From: Candidatus Latescibacterota bacterium
Lineage (GTDB): Bacteria; Latescibacterota; UBA2968
DNA length: 64,000 bases
NCBI GenBank assembly: GCA_965198115.1
Contig: OZ240241.1
Coordinates: forward strand, 7,104,001 to 7,168,000
Reading direction: 5' to 3'
This document shows, one piece after another, positions 32,385-42,309 of this stretch (positions within the stretch are counted from its first letter, which is position 1; each line of letters opens with the position of its first letter). The notes below the pieces were generated by a model. It was given only the letters and a program-made list of their open reading frames with translations. It was not told the origin of the DNA and made no database searches. The translations under genes and the position numbers were made by a program.

Positions 32385-32606
32385 TCAGGCCGTCCTCCGC
32401 CCGGGCGCGTGCACGTCTCGCGGGTCGGCTTCGGTCTGCTGTGCAATCCAGCGCTCGATGTCTTCTTCCCTCCACGCCACCGCCCGCTTGCCGACGCGGC
32501 ACGGGCGAGGAAACGTCCCCTCGGTCATTTTCTGATAGATCGTGCCTCGGGACAGACCGGTGCGGGCTTCGACCTCGGGACGGCGTAAGAATCGTTGGTT
32601 GATCAT
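32385..32606 (-). CDS. alpA: AlpA-family phage regulatory protein
   Basis: FLRRPEVEARTGLSRGTIY....GTFPRP..VG.RAVAW.E.DI..WI; AGGAGG SD. Confidence 0.92.
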   Translation of the reverse strand: MINQRFLRRPEVEARTGLSRGTIYQKMTEGTFPRPCRVGKRAVAWREEDIERWIAQQTEADPRDVHAPGRRTA

Positions 32607-33019
32607 CTCGGCTTTCCTCCTTCTTTAAGGGTTATTGGTTGTCATGCTCTCTTGGGGGGTTATTGACCACACTCCGATTGCCGTTACCAGTCGCCCTATT
32701 TCTTCTTAACTACTTGTTGTACAGTGAATTATGCGATTCATGCGGCTGGCATCAGGACTGGATAAGCAAGGTGAAGCAGATGGCAAAGTTATTTTGTCTC
32801 CTGCCGAGGGAAGAACTCGTGAGAGGATAGCTGCTTTGAGGTGATCGGAATATATCAGTATATTTATTATGTGAAGGGCCGACAGTACAAGGACGCCGAC
32901 TAGAGACGGCGCCGTAGCAAAGGGGCTCCCCGAATCCACCTTCAGAGATAAGTTCCAGCGCCCCGGGGTTTTCTTGGACACTCCGTTGACCTACAGTAGG
33001 TCGAAAAGGAGGGTCCACC

Positions 33020-33403
33020 ATGAACAAGGCTACTAGGGGATCGGTTGGGGCGGAGCGAGCGAGAGCGAGCGGAGGCCCAGCCGATCCAAGCGCGACTTCG
33101 CAGGGTCGTTTCTCCGTGAAGAAGAAGGCCGAAGCCGTATTACGTGTGATGCGTGGCGAGAGCCTCGACAGCGTCTCTCGCGATCTGGGAGTAACGGCAG
33201 CTAAATTGAGCGAGTGGCGCGATCAGTTCCACTCTGGCGCCCAGGCCGCACTACGCTCTCGTCCGAGCGACGAGCGTGACGAGAGGGTCAAGGACCTCCA
33301 GGCGAAGATTGGCGAGCTCACGATGGACAACGAGCTGCTGCAACAAAGAATCGATCGTCTGGAAGCCCGCCGCCCTTTGGCGCATCGGAGGTCGCGGAAA
33401 TGA
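33020..33403 (+). CDS. IS3-like transposase OrfA (HTH)
   Basis: RFSVKKKAEAVLRVMRGESLDSVSRDLGV...KIGELTMDNELL; ATGA overlap with orfB. Confidence 0.85.
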   Translation: MNKATRGSVGAERARASGGPADPSATSQGRFSVKKKAEAVLRVMRGESLDSVSRDLGVTAAKLSEWRDQFHSGAQAALRSRPSDERDERVKDLQAKIGELTMDNELLQQRIDRLEARRPLAHRRSRK

Positions 33404-34293
33404 GTGAGGTCCTTTCGCCCTCCACGGGGAGACGCTACAGCATTAAACGCGTGTGCAAAGTGTGGCAGATACCCCGTTCCACGGTGCACAGCCAGCTTCG
33501 TCGTTCATCCGTAACCGATCTTCGGCAACCCCGGAAGCGAGGCCCGGTCGGAGCGGGTACCGATGAGGAATTGGTCTCCCTCATTCAGCAGGAGATCGAC
33601 GCGTCACCCTTCCACGGCGAAGGATACTGCAAGATCTGGGCCAGGCTTCGCTTTCACGGTATGCGGACGTCAAAGGATCGGGTCCGCCGGTTGATGCGTG
33701 AAAACGGGCTCCAGGCGCGTCCAGGACGGCGTCGCGAACGACGAGCCCACGATGGCACGATTACGACCGAGAAGCCCGATCAGATGTGGGGCACCGACCT
33801 GACTGTGACGCCCACGGTCGACGAGGGCAGAGCCTCCGTGTTTATCGCGATCGACCACTGCACGTGCGAGTGTGTGGGCATTCACGCCTCCAAGACGGCC
33901 AACCGCTTTGAGGCTCTCGAGCCGATCCGACAGGGCATCCGTGAACACTTCGGGGGCTTCGAAGAAAACATCGCCGAAGGACTGGAGCTCCGACACGATC
34001 ACGGGTCACAATACGTCTCTGACGACTTCCAGAACGAGATCGCATTCCTCGGCGTCCAAACATCGCCGAGTTTCGTGCGTGAGCCAGAAGGCAACGGATG
34101 CGCCGAGCGGTTCATCCGTACCCTCAAAGAAAACCTCCTGTGGGTTAGACACTTCAGTACCATCGAAGACCTGCGCCTCGCACTCCTTGAGTTTCGGGAC
34201 AGATACAACCACAGGTGGATCATCGAACGTCACGGCTACAAGACGCCCGAACAGGCTAGAAACGCACTCACGGCAACTCGAAAGGCCGCCTGA
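33400..34293 (+). CDS. IS3-like transposase OrfB (rve integrase core)
   Basis: PDQMWGTD, RHDHGSQY, NGCAERFIRTLKE. Confidence 0.9.
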   Translation: MSEVLSPSTGRRYSIKRVCKVWQIPRSTVHSQLRRSSVTDLRQPRKRGPVGAGTDEELVSLIQQEIDASPFHGEGYCKIWARLRFHGMRTSKDRVRRLMRENGLQARPGRRRERRAHDGTITTEKPDQMWGTDLTVTPTVDEGRASVFIAIDHCTCECVGIHASKTANRFEALEPIRQGIREHFGGFEENIAEGLELRHDHGSQYVSDDFQNEIAFLGVQTSPSFVREPEGNGCAERFIRTLKENLLWVRHFSTIEDLRLALLEFRDRYNHRWIIERHGYKTPEQARNALTATRKAA

Positions 34294-34730
34294 ATACACT
34301 CACCCGAGTGTCCAGACAACCGCGGGCTTTACACCTTCAGAGATAAGTGCTCCGGAGGACGGTGCAGTAGATCTGCGAGTAGTAAGGCAGAACGGCAAGC
34401 CTCGCACAGCAGATCATTCGGACGACACTGTGAGAGTCAGGGATTTCAATGGTAACGAGGTCCTTGATCTGATCAAGGCTCCGTCATTTGGCACCATCGA
34501 TCTCAAAGAGGAATAGTAACGAACATCAAGATCATCGGCTCTGAGGAGTCGATCGACATGTCTGTGATTTAGGGTAACGAGGATCGGTTTATCCCGCGCC
34601 CGGATTTCAGGTTTGGGGTCCCCAAGACGACCCTTTCCTGGAGTTCGGGCTTTTTGTCTTGAGGGATTGATGAGACCGAGCGTTTTTAGTCAGTTCGCAA
34701 TCTTCGAAACTCAGAGCCCAAGGAGAGACC

Positions 34731-35990
34731 GTGGGAAAGAAGAGGCGGGCCACGTCGGGTCTGTGTGTGGCCGTTTCGGAGGACGTCAGAGCGATCCGCC
34801 AACTGATCGATCGGGTTGTCCGAACGGGCGAGCTTCCCCTTTCCGGCAACGACTCCCCACGTGTCCGGGAGGCTCTGCAGGAACGGGAAGACACTTGGCC
34901 ACGCGGCAGGCGGCGAGAAGAGGTGGGCAGACGTGCCATTGATTGGTGCAGGCGGCTGGTCGTCGCCGAGCTCTTCGCGCGGCCAACCGGCCTGCCGGCG
35001 ATCGCGAGGTCTGTGGAGGCGGATAGCGAGGTCGTGCAGGACGACCTGTCGGTGGTTTCGGCGTACCGGACTCTGGCCTTGGGACTTGGACAGGCCGACG
35101 CTGCACTTTCCAGGACCCGGAGACGAATCGAGAGACTGCAGGTAGACGCCTTCCAAAACTTGGCCGAGGCAGGCGGATTGGAGCCACGGCGGAGAATCAG
35201 GAACGAGATAACCGACCGGGAGGTGAAGCTCTGCGAATTGCTGATGAAGTTGGGGTTCCTCGGACCGATCGGGCGCTCCCTGCGGGAGGGGGAGTCCGAC
35301 GCGGAGCGTGGCGTGAGGGATCCCGCCGGTCCTCCACCAGGTACCGGCAAACCGTATCAAGGACAAGAGTACATCGCAGCGATCAGCCAGCTGACAGAGG
35401 CCGTGGTCTACCCAGATGAACTGCCCGTATACGGCGCCGGCTCCGTGCGCGTCCTGAAGATCCTACAACAGGGCGGGGACAAGTGGACCGCTGGAAGGAA
35501 GGAGCGAGGGTCGGATGAGCACATGGCCGTATGGGCGAGACGGCTGCTGGTCGCCGCACAGTTGGCCGAGGGAGTTGGACCTGCACACATCGCGGCGTCG
35601 GACGTAGACAGATCGGTCGTGTACAACGACATCAGGGCCCTCAACGAGCACGGACTCCTTATGCCTGGTCGCGAGCCGGCGAAGGATGTGATCGCCAAGA
35701 TCCTGATCCGCTTGGAGTACTTGCAGAGGGCTGCTTTCGAGGATCTGATCGATGCGGAGGAGGCAGAAGCTTTGCTACGGCTCAGGATACGGGTCGAGAT
35801 CGAGAAGAGGGAGCTTGCGACATTCGAGATCCTCAAGGAACTCGGGATCTTCGACTCGTTAGGTTGGCACCAAGAAAACCCAAGCGTGCTTCGAGGTCCT
35901 CGATGCTCTGCCGGCCGCACACAAACATTCAAGGTCGGTGCATGCACCTATCGGGTGAATTACATCCCATTCAAGGAGCAAGAAGCCTAG
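34731..35990 (+). CDS. Hypothetical protein with two tandem HTH-plus-helical repeats
   Basis: 419 aa open frame; repeats RRLVVA..IA...VVQDDL...IERLQVDAFQNL...LLMKLG and RRLLVA..IA...VVYNDI...LEYLQRAAFEDL...ILKELG. Confidence 0.65.
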   Translation: MGKKRRATSGLCVAVSEDVRAIRQLIDRVVRTGELPLSGNDSPRVREALQEREDTWPRGRRREEVGRRAIDWCRRLVVAELFARPTGLPAIARSVEADSEVVQDDLSVVSAYRTLALGLGQADAALSRTRRRIERLQVDAFQNLAEAGGLEPRRRIRNEITDREVKLCELLMKLGFLGPIGRSLREGESDAERGVRDPAGPPPGTGKPYQGQEYIAAISQLTEAVVYPDELPVYGAGSVRVLKILQQGGDKWTAGRKERGSDEHMAVWARRLLVAAQLAEGVGPAHIAASDVDRSVVYNDIRALNEHGLLMPGREPAKDVIAKILIRLEYLQRAAFEDLIDAEEAEALLRLRIRVEIEKRELATFEILKELGIFDSLGWHQENPSVLRGPRCSAGRTQTFKVGACTYRVNYIPFKEQEA

Positions 35991-36123
35991 GTCCGGATAG
36001 GGGGGCACCCACCCCCGTACGGAGTTTTCAAGATGTCAACAAAGCATCGGGCTCAGACCCGCAGAGACAAGCGTCCAGCCAAGAAGCGGACAAGACGCAT
36101 CAAGGTTCGAGGTCGGACCTGTC

Positions 36124-36631
36124 GTGGAAGACAGAAGGAAGGCGCTAGGCCTGCCGTCCTTCTTCGAGGACAAGAAGCAGCTCGCCCAGGCGCGGCAGTG
36201 TGATCGAGACACGCGGCGTGAGCAGGCAGCAAGAGCGCAACACACTCTACGCATACCAAGCCTACACGGTGTTGGAGGGAGCGAAGGGAGCGGGACTATA
36301 CCCGAGGTACCGGTTTCTATGGGATGAGCTAGGCGCGGAGCAGACGTCGTGGGCAAAAAAGCCGACGCTGCTGGCAGAATTAGGACGTCTTAGGGACGCC
36401 AAGAAGATTCGGGACGTGGCGAAGGAATTGCTCTGCGAGTATCAGCCCAGCACAACCGTCGCGGTGACCGTCATTCGAGCAGTCCGCGTAGGACGTCGGG
36501 CGTTGTGGTCGCCAACGAGGATCCTCGACCGCGTCGAGCGCGAACTTGAGGGAGCCAGCCTCAAGGGTCAGTCTCGGAAACAGCGGCTTCGGTTCATCGC
36601 GAGTATCCTCGTTGCGAGTCCCGGAGATTGA
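36124..36631 (+). CDS. Hypothetical protein (probable frameshift between ORFs 36124-36327 and 36200-36631)
   Basis: Protein-like composition, co-oriented with 34731-35990; no recognisable family. Confidence 0.4.
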
Positions 36632-37057
36632 GCCACATGGTCTTAAGTTGAGAGCCTCAAAGTCCTTACCGATCAGTAGCCCTGCCACTGACAAGCTTCG
36701 CTCGGTCCCAGAATAGACGCTTGGATTCCGGGAGTTCTGCGTGCCTGATGCTACCTGCATGGTTTGGCGTCGGTTTCGTGCTCTTCGAGCATTCATCGAG
36801 GTCCTATCCCCAACCCACCAGGTACCAGCCATCAGGAGGATCAGTATGGCGGCCAGAACCCCAGCTTCCCGGCCAGAGAGTCGGAATCCCAGGCACCAGG
36901 AATATGACACTGCCCTTCACGATCCATTCGCCCCGTCTATAATCTCTGTTTAAACCTGCAACCACGTCATCGCATACCATAGATTTCTAACCGCTTCGTC
37001 TTCTTAGTCTTCTTGGCCTTCTTCGTGCGCTTCACCGGGTTCGACACGCATAAAAAT

Positions 37058-38477
37058 GGCTCTATCCGGGTTTCTCAACGGTGAAACTATAGAATGACAA
37101 GGTCATAGATCGTTCCCTACGCTTGGTTGTGTGTGTAGGACAATCAAAGCGAAGGGGGTGCGACCTATGACCGGGAGCAGATTACTATCGAAACTGCTGA
37201 GATTCAAGGGGTTCCGTGTTGTCAGCTGGTGGTTTGAGGGGAGAAGCTGTTTCGTCATCGCCGTAAAGCCACATAAGAATGGTTGTTGTTGTCCGGAGTG
37301 CGGCTGTCGAGGTAAAATCGTCCGCACAATGCCCCATCCGCGTCGGTGGCGTGACATTCCGGTGTGCGGGTGGAGGGTCTGGCTTCTCTACCATCCTCGG
37401 GAGATTCGGTGTCCTACCCACGGTCGTGTGGTCGAGGAGATTCCGTGGGCGGAGCGGTTCTCTCGGGTGACGTATCGCTTCGAGTATGCCATGCTGCGCT
37501 ACTGCCAGACCATGACGCAGAAGGCGGCGTCCGAGTTGCTGCGCATCTCTGCCTCGACGCTGTCGGATCTCCTTCACCGATCCATCACGCGGCTTCGTGA
37601 AGGTCATCGTATCCGAGGGCTCAAAACCATCGGGATCGACGAGATCTCCTACGCCAAGCGTCACAGGTACGCCACGCTCGTTTACGATCTGGACCGCTCC
37701 TGCGTGGTGTGGGTTGGCCGCGGCAGGGCGCGTAAAACGATCGATCGGTTCTTCACAGAGGCTCTCAGTCCCTACCGGAGATCCAAGATCGAGTGGGCCT
37801 GCTGCGACATGAGCGAAGCTTACATCGGAGCCATCCAGGAACACTGTCCGAATGCCAAGCTGGTCCTCGATCGCTTTCACATCGTCAAGGCTCTCAATGC
37901 CGCCGTTGACGAGGTCCGTAAGGACCAGTGGCGTAAAGCTGCCCCGGATGAGCGCAAAGCTATGAAGGGCCTCCGATGGCTCCTCTACCGGCACTCAGCG
38001 ACACGCTCCAGAGGGGATACTCGGACACTCAAAGCACTGGAGAAGGCGAACTACCGAATCTATAGAGCCTGGAGACTCAAGGACGAGTTCGAGCAGTTCT
38101 GGGAATACAAAGCGCCCTGGGCTGCCGAACGCTTCCTGAAATGCTGGACGACGTCCGCACTCAGAAGTCGACTTGAACCCCTGCGAAAGTTCGTCAGGAC
38201 CCTGCGACAGCACTTCTTCGGCGTCCTCGCATTCGTGAACACGCGTCTTACCAACGCCATCGCCGAAGGCCTCAACCGAATCGTCCAAATCGTCAAGAAC
38301 CGAGCCAGCGGATTCCGCACACTCGACGCATTCAACGATATGATCTTCCTTACCGTCGGAGACATAAACATCCCTGAGCAGATTCCGAAGAGGTTCCGCA
38401 CACTCTAACCGCGCCCCCATGCCAGGAACCACGGCACCTTCACCCACTTCATCTCGTTGAGAGATCCGGATATAGCC
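37058..38477 (+). mobile_element. ISL3-family element, copy 1
   Basis: IRs GGCTCTATCCGGGTTTCTCAACG / CGTTGAGAGATCCGGATATAGCC; direct repeat TAAAAAT on both flanks. Confidence 0.93.
37131..38408 (+). CDS. ISL3-family transposase
   Basis: CPECG zinc finger, IGIDE, CCDMS, DRFHIV, TNAIAEGLN. Confidence 0.94.
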   Translation: MCRTIKAKGVRPMTGSRLLSKLLRFKGFRVVSWWFEGRSCFVIAVKPHKNGCCCPECGCRGKIVRTMPHPRRWRDIPVCGWRVWLLYHPREIRCPTHGRVVEEIPWAERFSRVTYRFEYAMLRYCQTMTQKAASELLRISASTLSDLLHRSITRLREGHRIRGLKTIGIDEISYAKRHRYATLVYDLDRSCVVWVGRGRARKTIDRFFTEALSPYRRSKIEWACCDMSEAYIGAIQEHCPNAKLVLDRFHIVKALNAAVDEVRKDQWRKAAPDERKAMKGLRWLLYRHSATRSRGDTRTLKALEKANYRIYRAWRLKDEFEQFWEYKAPWAAERFLKCWTTSALRSRLEPLRKFVRTLRQHFFGVLAFVNTRLTNAIAEGLNRIVQIVKNRASGFRTLDAFNDMIFLTVGDINIPEQIPKRFRTL

Positions 38478-38863
38478 TAAAAATAGGTCGCCGGGCTGGC
38501 ACTCGAAGAACCCACACAGACGCTCGAGCGCCTCGACGTCCAGTCGCTTCATCCGGCTGTGGTAGATGTCGGAAATAGTCGCAGGCCGAATCTTTGTGGC
38601 GTCCGCAACTTGCTTCTGATTCAACGGCCCGCCTTCGGCTCCCGCTTCGGGTTGCGGAATCCCCCCAAAACCTCCGAACACCTGGAGCTTGAACTGGCGC
38701 CCGAAAACTACCGGCTCAAGCTGAGTTCGCTGCCCAAGGTCTGCCCCGACAAGAACTTCAAGTTTCGGGTGACCGGACACCGGCATCCGCTCGAACTCGC
38801 CACGTAGCCCCGGTGGCCGTCGGATCGCCGGGACGATCCCCGGAAACCGGCCCGCCTACCGGC

Positions 38864-40126
38864 TCAGGGGCTGTATACGTAGACCACCGGCAGCTTGGAA
38901 ATGTCGGTGACGCTCCTGTCCGTGTGGTGGTAGATGTTCATCCGTCCCGTGCCGCAGTCGCCGAACCGGTCGCAGGATAGCGTCCCGACCAGGCCGCTCA
39001 TAGCGGTTGCCCCCACCTGCTCGCGCAGTGCCGCCCGGTCTATGTGCAGCCTGTCACCGTCCTCCACGGCAACGGCCTCGATGGCCGAGAGGAGGATGGT
39101 GGTCGCATCGTAGGTGTGCGCCCAATAGGGTGACCCGGGGAACCCGCCGTGCCTGGCCTCGAACGCGGCGAGAACCTGCTCCCCGCTCCGTCCTGTCACC
39201 TCGTTGACGTTTGAGCGAAAGTCCGATTCCGGCCCCGCGAAGTAGATCCCCTCCGACTGCGGCGTTTCCAGGAACGCGGAGACCAGCAGCGCGGCCGCTG
39301 AAATCAGGGTCGTCCCTTCAAGCCCGTCGAAGGCCCGGGCCTGCGCGGCAAAGGCCGATCCCTCCGTGATGAACAGCGGGAAGAAGATGGCGTCCGGGCT
39401 GGCGACCGCGAACTGCTCCAGAACCTCCGTCATGTCGGCGTCACCCTTCTCGATTTCTGCCTGGGCCGGCACTTTGCCCCCGAGGGCCGAAAACGCGTCG
39501 GCGAACGCCGCCACAAGGGCGGACGTGTAGGGGTCGCCGTCGTGAACGGTGGCCACGCTCCGCAGCTCCAGCTGGTTGTAGACGAAGTCCGAGAGGGCGC
39601 GTGCCTGGTGGAGGTCGTTGGACGACACGCGAAAGTAACCGGCGTGATAGTCGGGGTTCACGTTGCCGGCTAGGTCGGAGGTGAGCCGCGGCGAGGTGTT
39701 GCTCGGCGAAATCATGACCAGGCCCGCGTCGCTGATGACGGGCGACGCCGCCACGGCCGCGGCCGAGCAGTTTGTTCCGATGACGCCGGCCACCTGCGGG
39801 TCCCCGATGATTCCAAGCGCACCTCCGCGGCCGCCTTCCGGCGAACAACTGGTGTCAACCGGATCGCCCAGGTCGACCTGGCGCCCGTGAACGGGACCCA
39901 TGTCCTCGACGGCGAACTCGGCCCCGTGCCGGGACACGGCCCCCAGCGACGGCGCGACCGTGACCGAAAGCACCATGCGGATCCGCACGGCCTCGCCTGC
40001 CTCCAAAGTGACCGCACCCAGCGGCCCGGGCTCGAATTCCAGCGGTGTGGTTGGACTTTCTTTGCATCCCGGCGTCGCAAGAACGGCGATCAGCGCCGCG
40101 ACGGAAAAAACGATGCGCTTTCGCAT
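38864..40126 (-). CDS. Branched-chain amino acid ABC transporter substrate-binding lipoprotein (orphan, no permease nearby)
   Basis: Lipoprotein signal ...LATPG-C; VIGTNCS, MISPSNTSPRLT, YFRV, DGDPY; start at 40126. Confidence 0.88.
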   Translation of the reverse strand: MRKRIVFSVAALIAVLATPGCKESPTTPLEFEPGPLGAVTLEAGEAVRIRMVLSVTVAPSLGAVSRHGAEFAVEDMGPVHGRQVDLGDPVDTSCSPEGGRGGALGIIGDPQVAGVIGTNCSAAAVAASPVISDAGLVMISPSNTSPRLTSDLAGNVNPDYHAGYFRVSSNDLHQARALSDFVYNQLELRSVATVHDGDPYTSALVAAFADAFSALGGKVPAQAEIEKGDADMTEVLEQFAVASPDAIFFPLFITEGSAFAAQARAFDGLEGTTLISAAALLVSAFLETPQSEGIYFAGPESDFRSNVNEVTGRSGEQVLAAFEARHGGFPGSPYWAHTYDATTILLSAIEAVAVEDGDRLHIDRAALREQVGATAMSGLVGTLSCDRFGDCGTGRMNIYHHTDRSVTDISKLPVVYVYSP

Positions 40127-40206
40127 GAGACCGACTCCTTCTTTTCTGTCATGTGTCGTGGGGTGACGGTCTATCCACCGGCGTGGACAGCCGCGCATCA
40201 CTAACG

Positions 40207-40578
40207 TTAAACCGCCGGTTCGGATCCCACCACTTCCGCCCAGCGAACTTCCCTCATGCCAGGCGTCGAGGGCCGGGCCTGTGCGCGTCTCTGCTGTAGG
40301 CTGCGAAAACCGCTCCGTTTGCGTCGTAGATGCAGGCTGTTGGTAATGTTCGCTTCGACGTTCAGGGACATCAGCAGCTGTTCGGCTGCCTGGTCATCCA
40401 TGAACAGTATCGTCGAAACGCTGTTCTCGCCGATGAGTGCGGCCGTCGAGGAGATCTGCTTGACGAGGTTCGATCGAAACAGTCCGACTTCCTGCTGAAC
40501 GAACACAGCGCTTCCCAACACGAGCACAGTGAAGGCCGTGAAGAGCTGAATCGTGATGAGCTTCTTTCTCATCGTCAT
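40207..40578 (-). pseudogene. N-terminal sensor fragment of a membrane histidine kinase
   Basis: MRKKLITIQL + TM helix + LIGENS..TILFMDDQAAEQLL.SL; degenerates afterwards. Confidence 0.55.
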
Positions 40579-40616
40579 TCCGTGTCTCTGCTGATTCGTC
40601 TACGTGTTCAGGTGAG

Positions 40617-40725
40617 GTCCCTATCCTAGTTGAAACTTAAAGGGCTCCTTTCTTACGGGTATACGCTCCTACACGTCTACCCAACGTAAGTTTGGAGCCC
40701 TTTAAGTTTCAACTAGGATAGGCAC
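40617..40725. mobile_element. 109-bp MITE-like derivative of the IS256-type element seen at 28355-28735
   Basis: 32-bp IRs with one mismatch (GTCCCTATCCTAGTTGAAACTTAAAGGGCTCC / GGAGCCCTTTAAGTTTCAACTAGGATAGGCAC); interior similar to 28649-28734. Confidence 0.85.
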
Positions 40726-41106
40726 AACACCAACCAATGGGTCATATTATATGAGAACGCGATCTGAGCGTCATTGCGGTCGGCCACCTGGTGGTAGATC
40801 TCGACCAACGCGCAATGGAGGTCAGGATTCGTCGGATACCGGAAATAGCTGGTTCCATAGAACGACACATCCGGCTCGTCCTGGGGGTCGGGACAGAGGA
40901 CCAGCTCGGGTTCGGGCCATTGACGAAAGTCATCGGTCCGGGTGAAGCCCGTCGCACGGCGTCCCCCACCTCGCCAATGATCGACCGTTTCTCGGACCGG
41001 GAGGTATCGGCCACTCCCCGCTCCGATCACAATTCGTGAAGACGCTTCTTCAGGCCTGAGGGCTGCGATTCTCATGCTCGCCAAGGCGGCGGGGATGAGT
41101 AACTTG

Positions 41107-41146
41107 TTGACACTGAACTGTACAAGTAACTATACTTTCAGGTGTC
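41107..41146 (+). promoter_or_regulatory. Sigma70-type promoter of the TA operon with overlapping inverted repeat
   Basis: TTGACA (41107) - 18 bp - TATACT (41131); TGACACTGAA...TTCAGGTGTCA imperfect palindrome; ATG only 10 nt after the -10 box. Confidence 0.7.
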
Positions 41147-41410
41147 ATGAAAACTGTCAATGCTTTGGAGCTTCGCCAATCCCTCGGCAAGGTGCTTGAT
41201 CAGCTTGAGCGCGACGGAGCCCCCATTGTTGTGTGCCGTCGCCGGACTCCAGCCGCCGCTCTGGTGAGTCTCAAGGACTACCGAGAACGGTTTGTCGACC
41301 AAGAAGCCGACGAACGTCGGCGCGCCGTGGTCGCCAGGCTCAAGCAGCTCCAGTTCGAGCCCCCCCCCAGCGGCACCACCCTCGACATACTACGCGACTT
41401 GCGGTCGTGA
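41147..41410 (+). CDS. Phd/YefM-family antitoxin
   Basis: MKTVNALELRQSLGKVLDQL...PIVV..R..P.AALV; GTGA overlap with the toxin. Confidence 0.88.
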   Translation: MKTVNALELRQSLGKVLDQLERDGAPIVVCRRRTPAAALVSLKDYRERFVDQEADERRRAVVARLKQLQFEPPPSGTTLDILRDLRS

Positions 41411-41817
41411 TCGTTCTCGATGCCTCGGTCGCGATCAAGTGGTTCGTGAGGGATGAACCGCTGACCGCCGAAGCCGGGCAGGTGCTCGACGCGATCGAAC
41501 TCGATCCGTCACCGTATTCGGTTCCAGACTTCTTCATGAATGAATTGCTCGCCGTGCTGTGCCGCCTTCCCGCCAGCCGGCCGGCACAAGTACAGGAAGC
41601 CTTGGCTCTCGTCGAGGCGCTAGGGATCACACGAGTTGGCAATGGACACGAGTTGCTGGCGCTCGCCGCTGACTTCGCCAGCCGGTGGAAGATCTCGGGC
41701 TACGACGCGGTGTACGTGGCGTTAGCCGCGCTGTCGGATGGCGTCTGGCTCACGGCCGATGCCCGGGCCGCCCGCCGCGTCGGCCGTGAGCATCTGGTGC
41801 GCGTGCTCGGATCATAG
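41407..41817 (+). CDS. vapC: VapC/PIN-domain toxin
   Basis: VIVLDASVAIKWF, YDAVYVALA, LTAD; GTG start at 41407. Confidence 0.9.
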   Translation: MIVLDASVAIKWFVRDEPLTAEAGQVLDAIELDPSPYSVPDFFMNELLAVLCRLPASRPAQVQEALALVEALGITRVGNGHELLALAADFASRWKISGYDAVYVALAALSDGVWLTADARAARRVGREHLVRVLGS

Positions 41818-42309
41818 CCTCACATCAAAGCTGATTCGGCGGCGGCTCGATGGAGTGGACCACGGCAGCGGTTGGGTCGAGTTCGACGGGCAGGCTCACG
41901 GAAAAATGATGGCTCGGGTGAGAACGCTGGCTGTGTACCGCAACCGCCTGATCGGGCTGCTGCTTTCGAAATTGCGAGAGCGCTGGGGCGGTTAGGACTC
42001 CCACCTGAGCAGTCGATCGACGCTGTCTGCGGTGACGGTCGCGCCGCCGCCGAGGAAAACCTCGGGGATCCCGGCACCGAAGTAGCGGACGTTATCCGGC
42101 CTGAAGAGTTCGCGGGCGGCCAGGACGACCTCAGGCAAGCTGCTCATGATTTGGAAATCTTCGGGATAGAGCCATCGACTCTCGTAACCATCTCGCTTGT
42201 CCACTACGCTGCCACGATCTCAGCGGCAAGGGAGTTGAACGTGTGCACGACGAATAGCCGAGCCGTCGCAGGCAACAGTAGTCAATACATCACTATGAGA
42301 TAGGTCAGC

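Larger units (their letters stand above)
32954..34333 (+). mobile_element. IS3-like insertion sequence flanked by a 15-17 bp direct repeat
   Basis: Imperfect IRs sharing TGGACACTC; CCTTCAGAGATAAGT at 32939-32953 and 34334-34348. Confidence 0.85.
36967..38624 (-). pseudogene. Cro/C1-type HTH regulator interrupted by ISL3
   Basis: LNQKQVADATKIRPATISDIY...LERLCGFFECQPGDLF; removing the IS and one TAAAAAT copy restores the frame LFLCVSNPVKRTKKAKK...MR-stop at 36967. Confidence 0.75.

Noticed and set aside
34586-34604. CGGTTTATCCC resembling the start of a type I-E CRISPR repeat
   Set aside because: Single partial match, no repeat-spacer periodicity and no cas genes in the window
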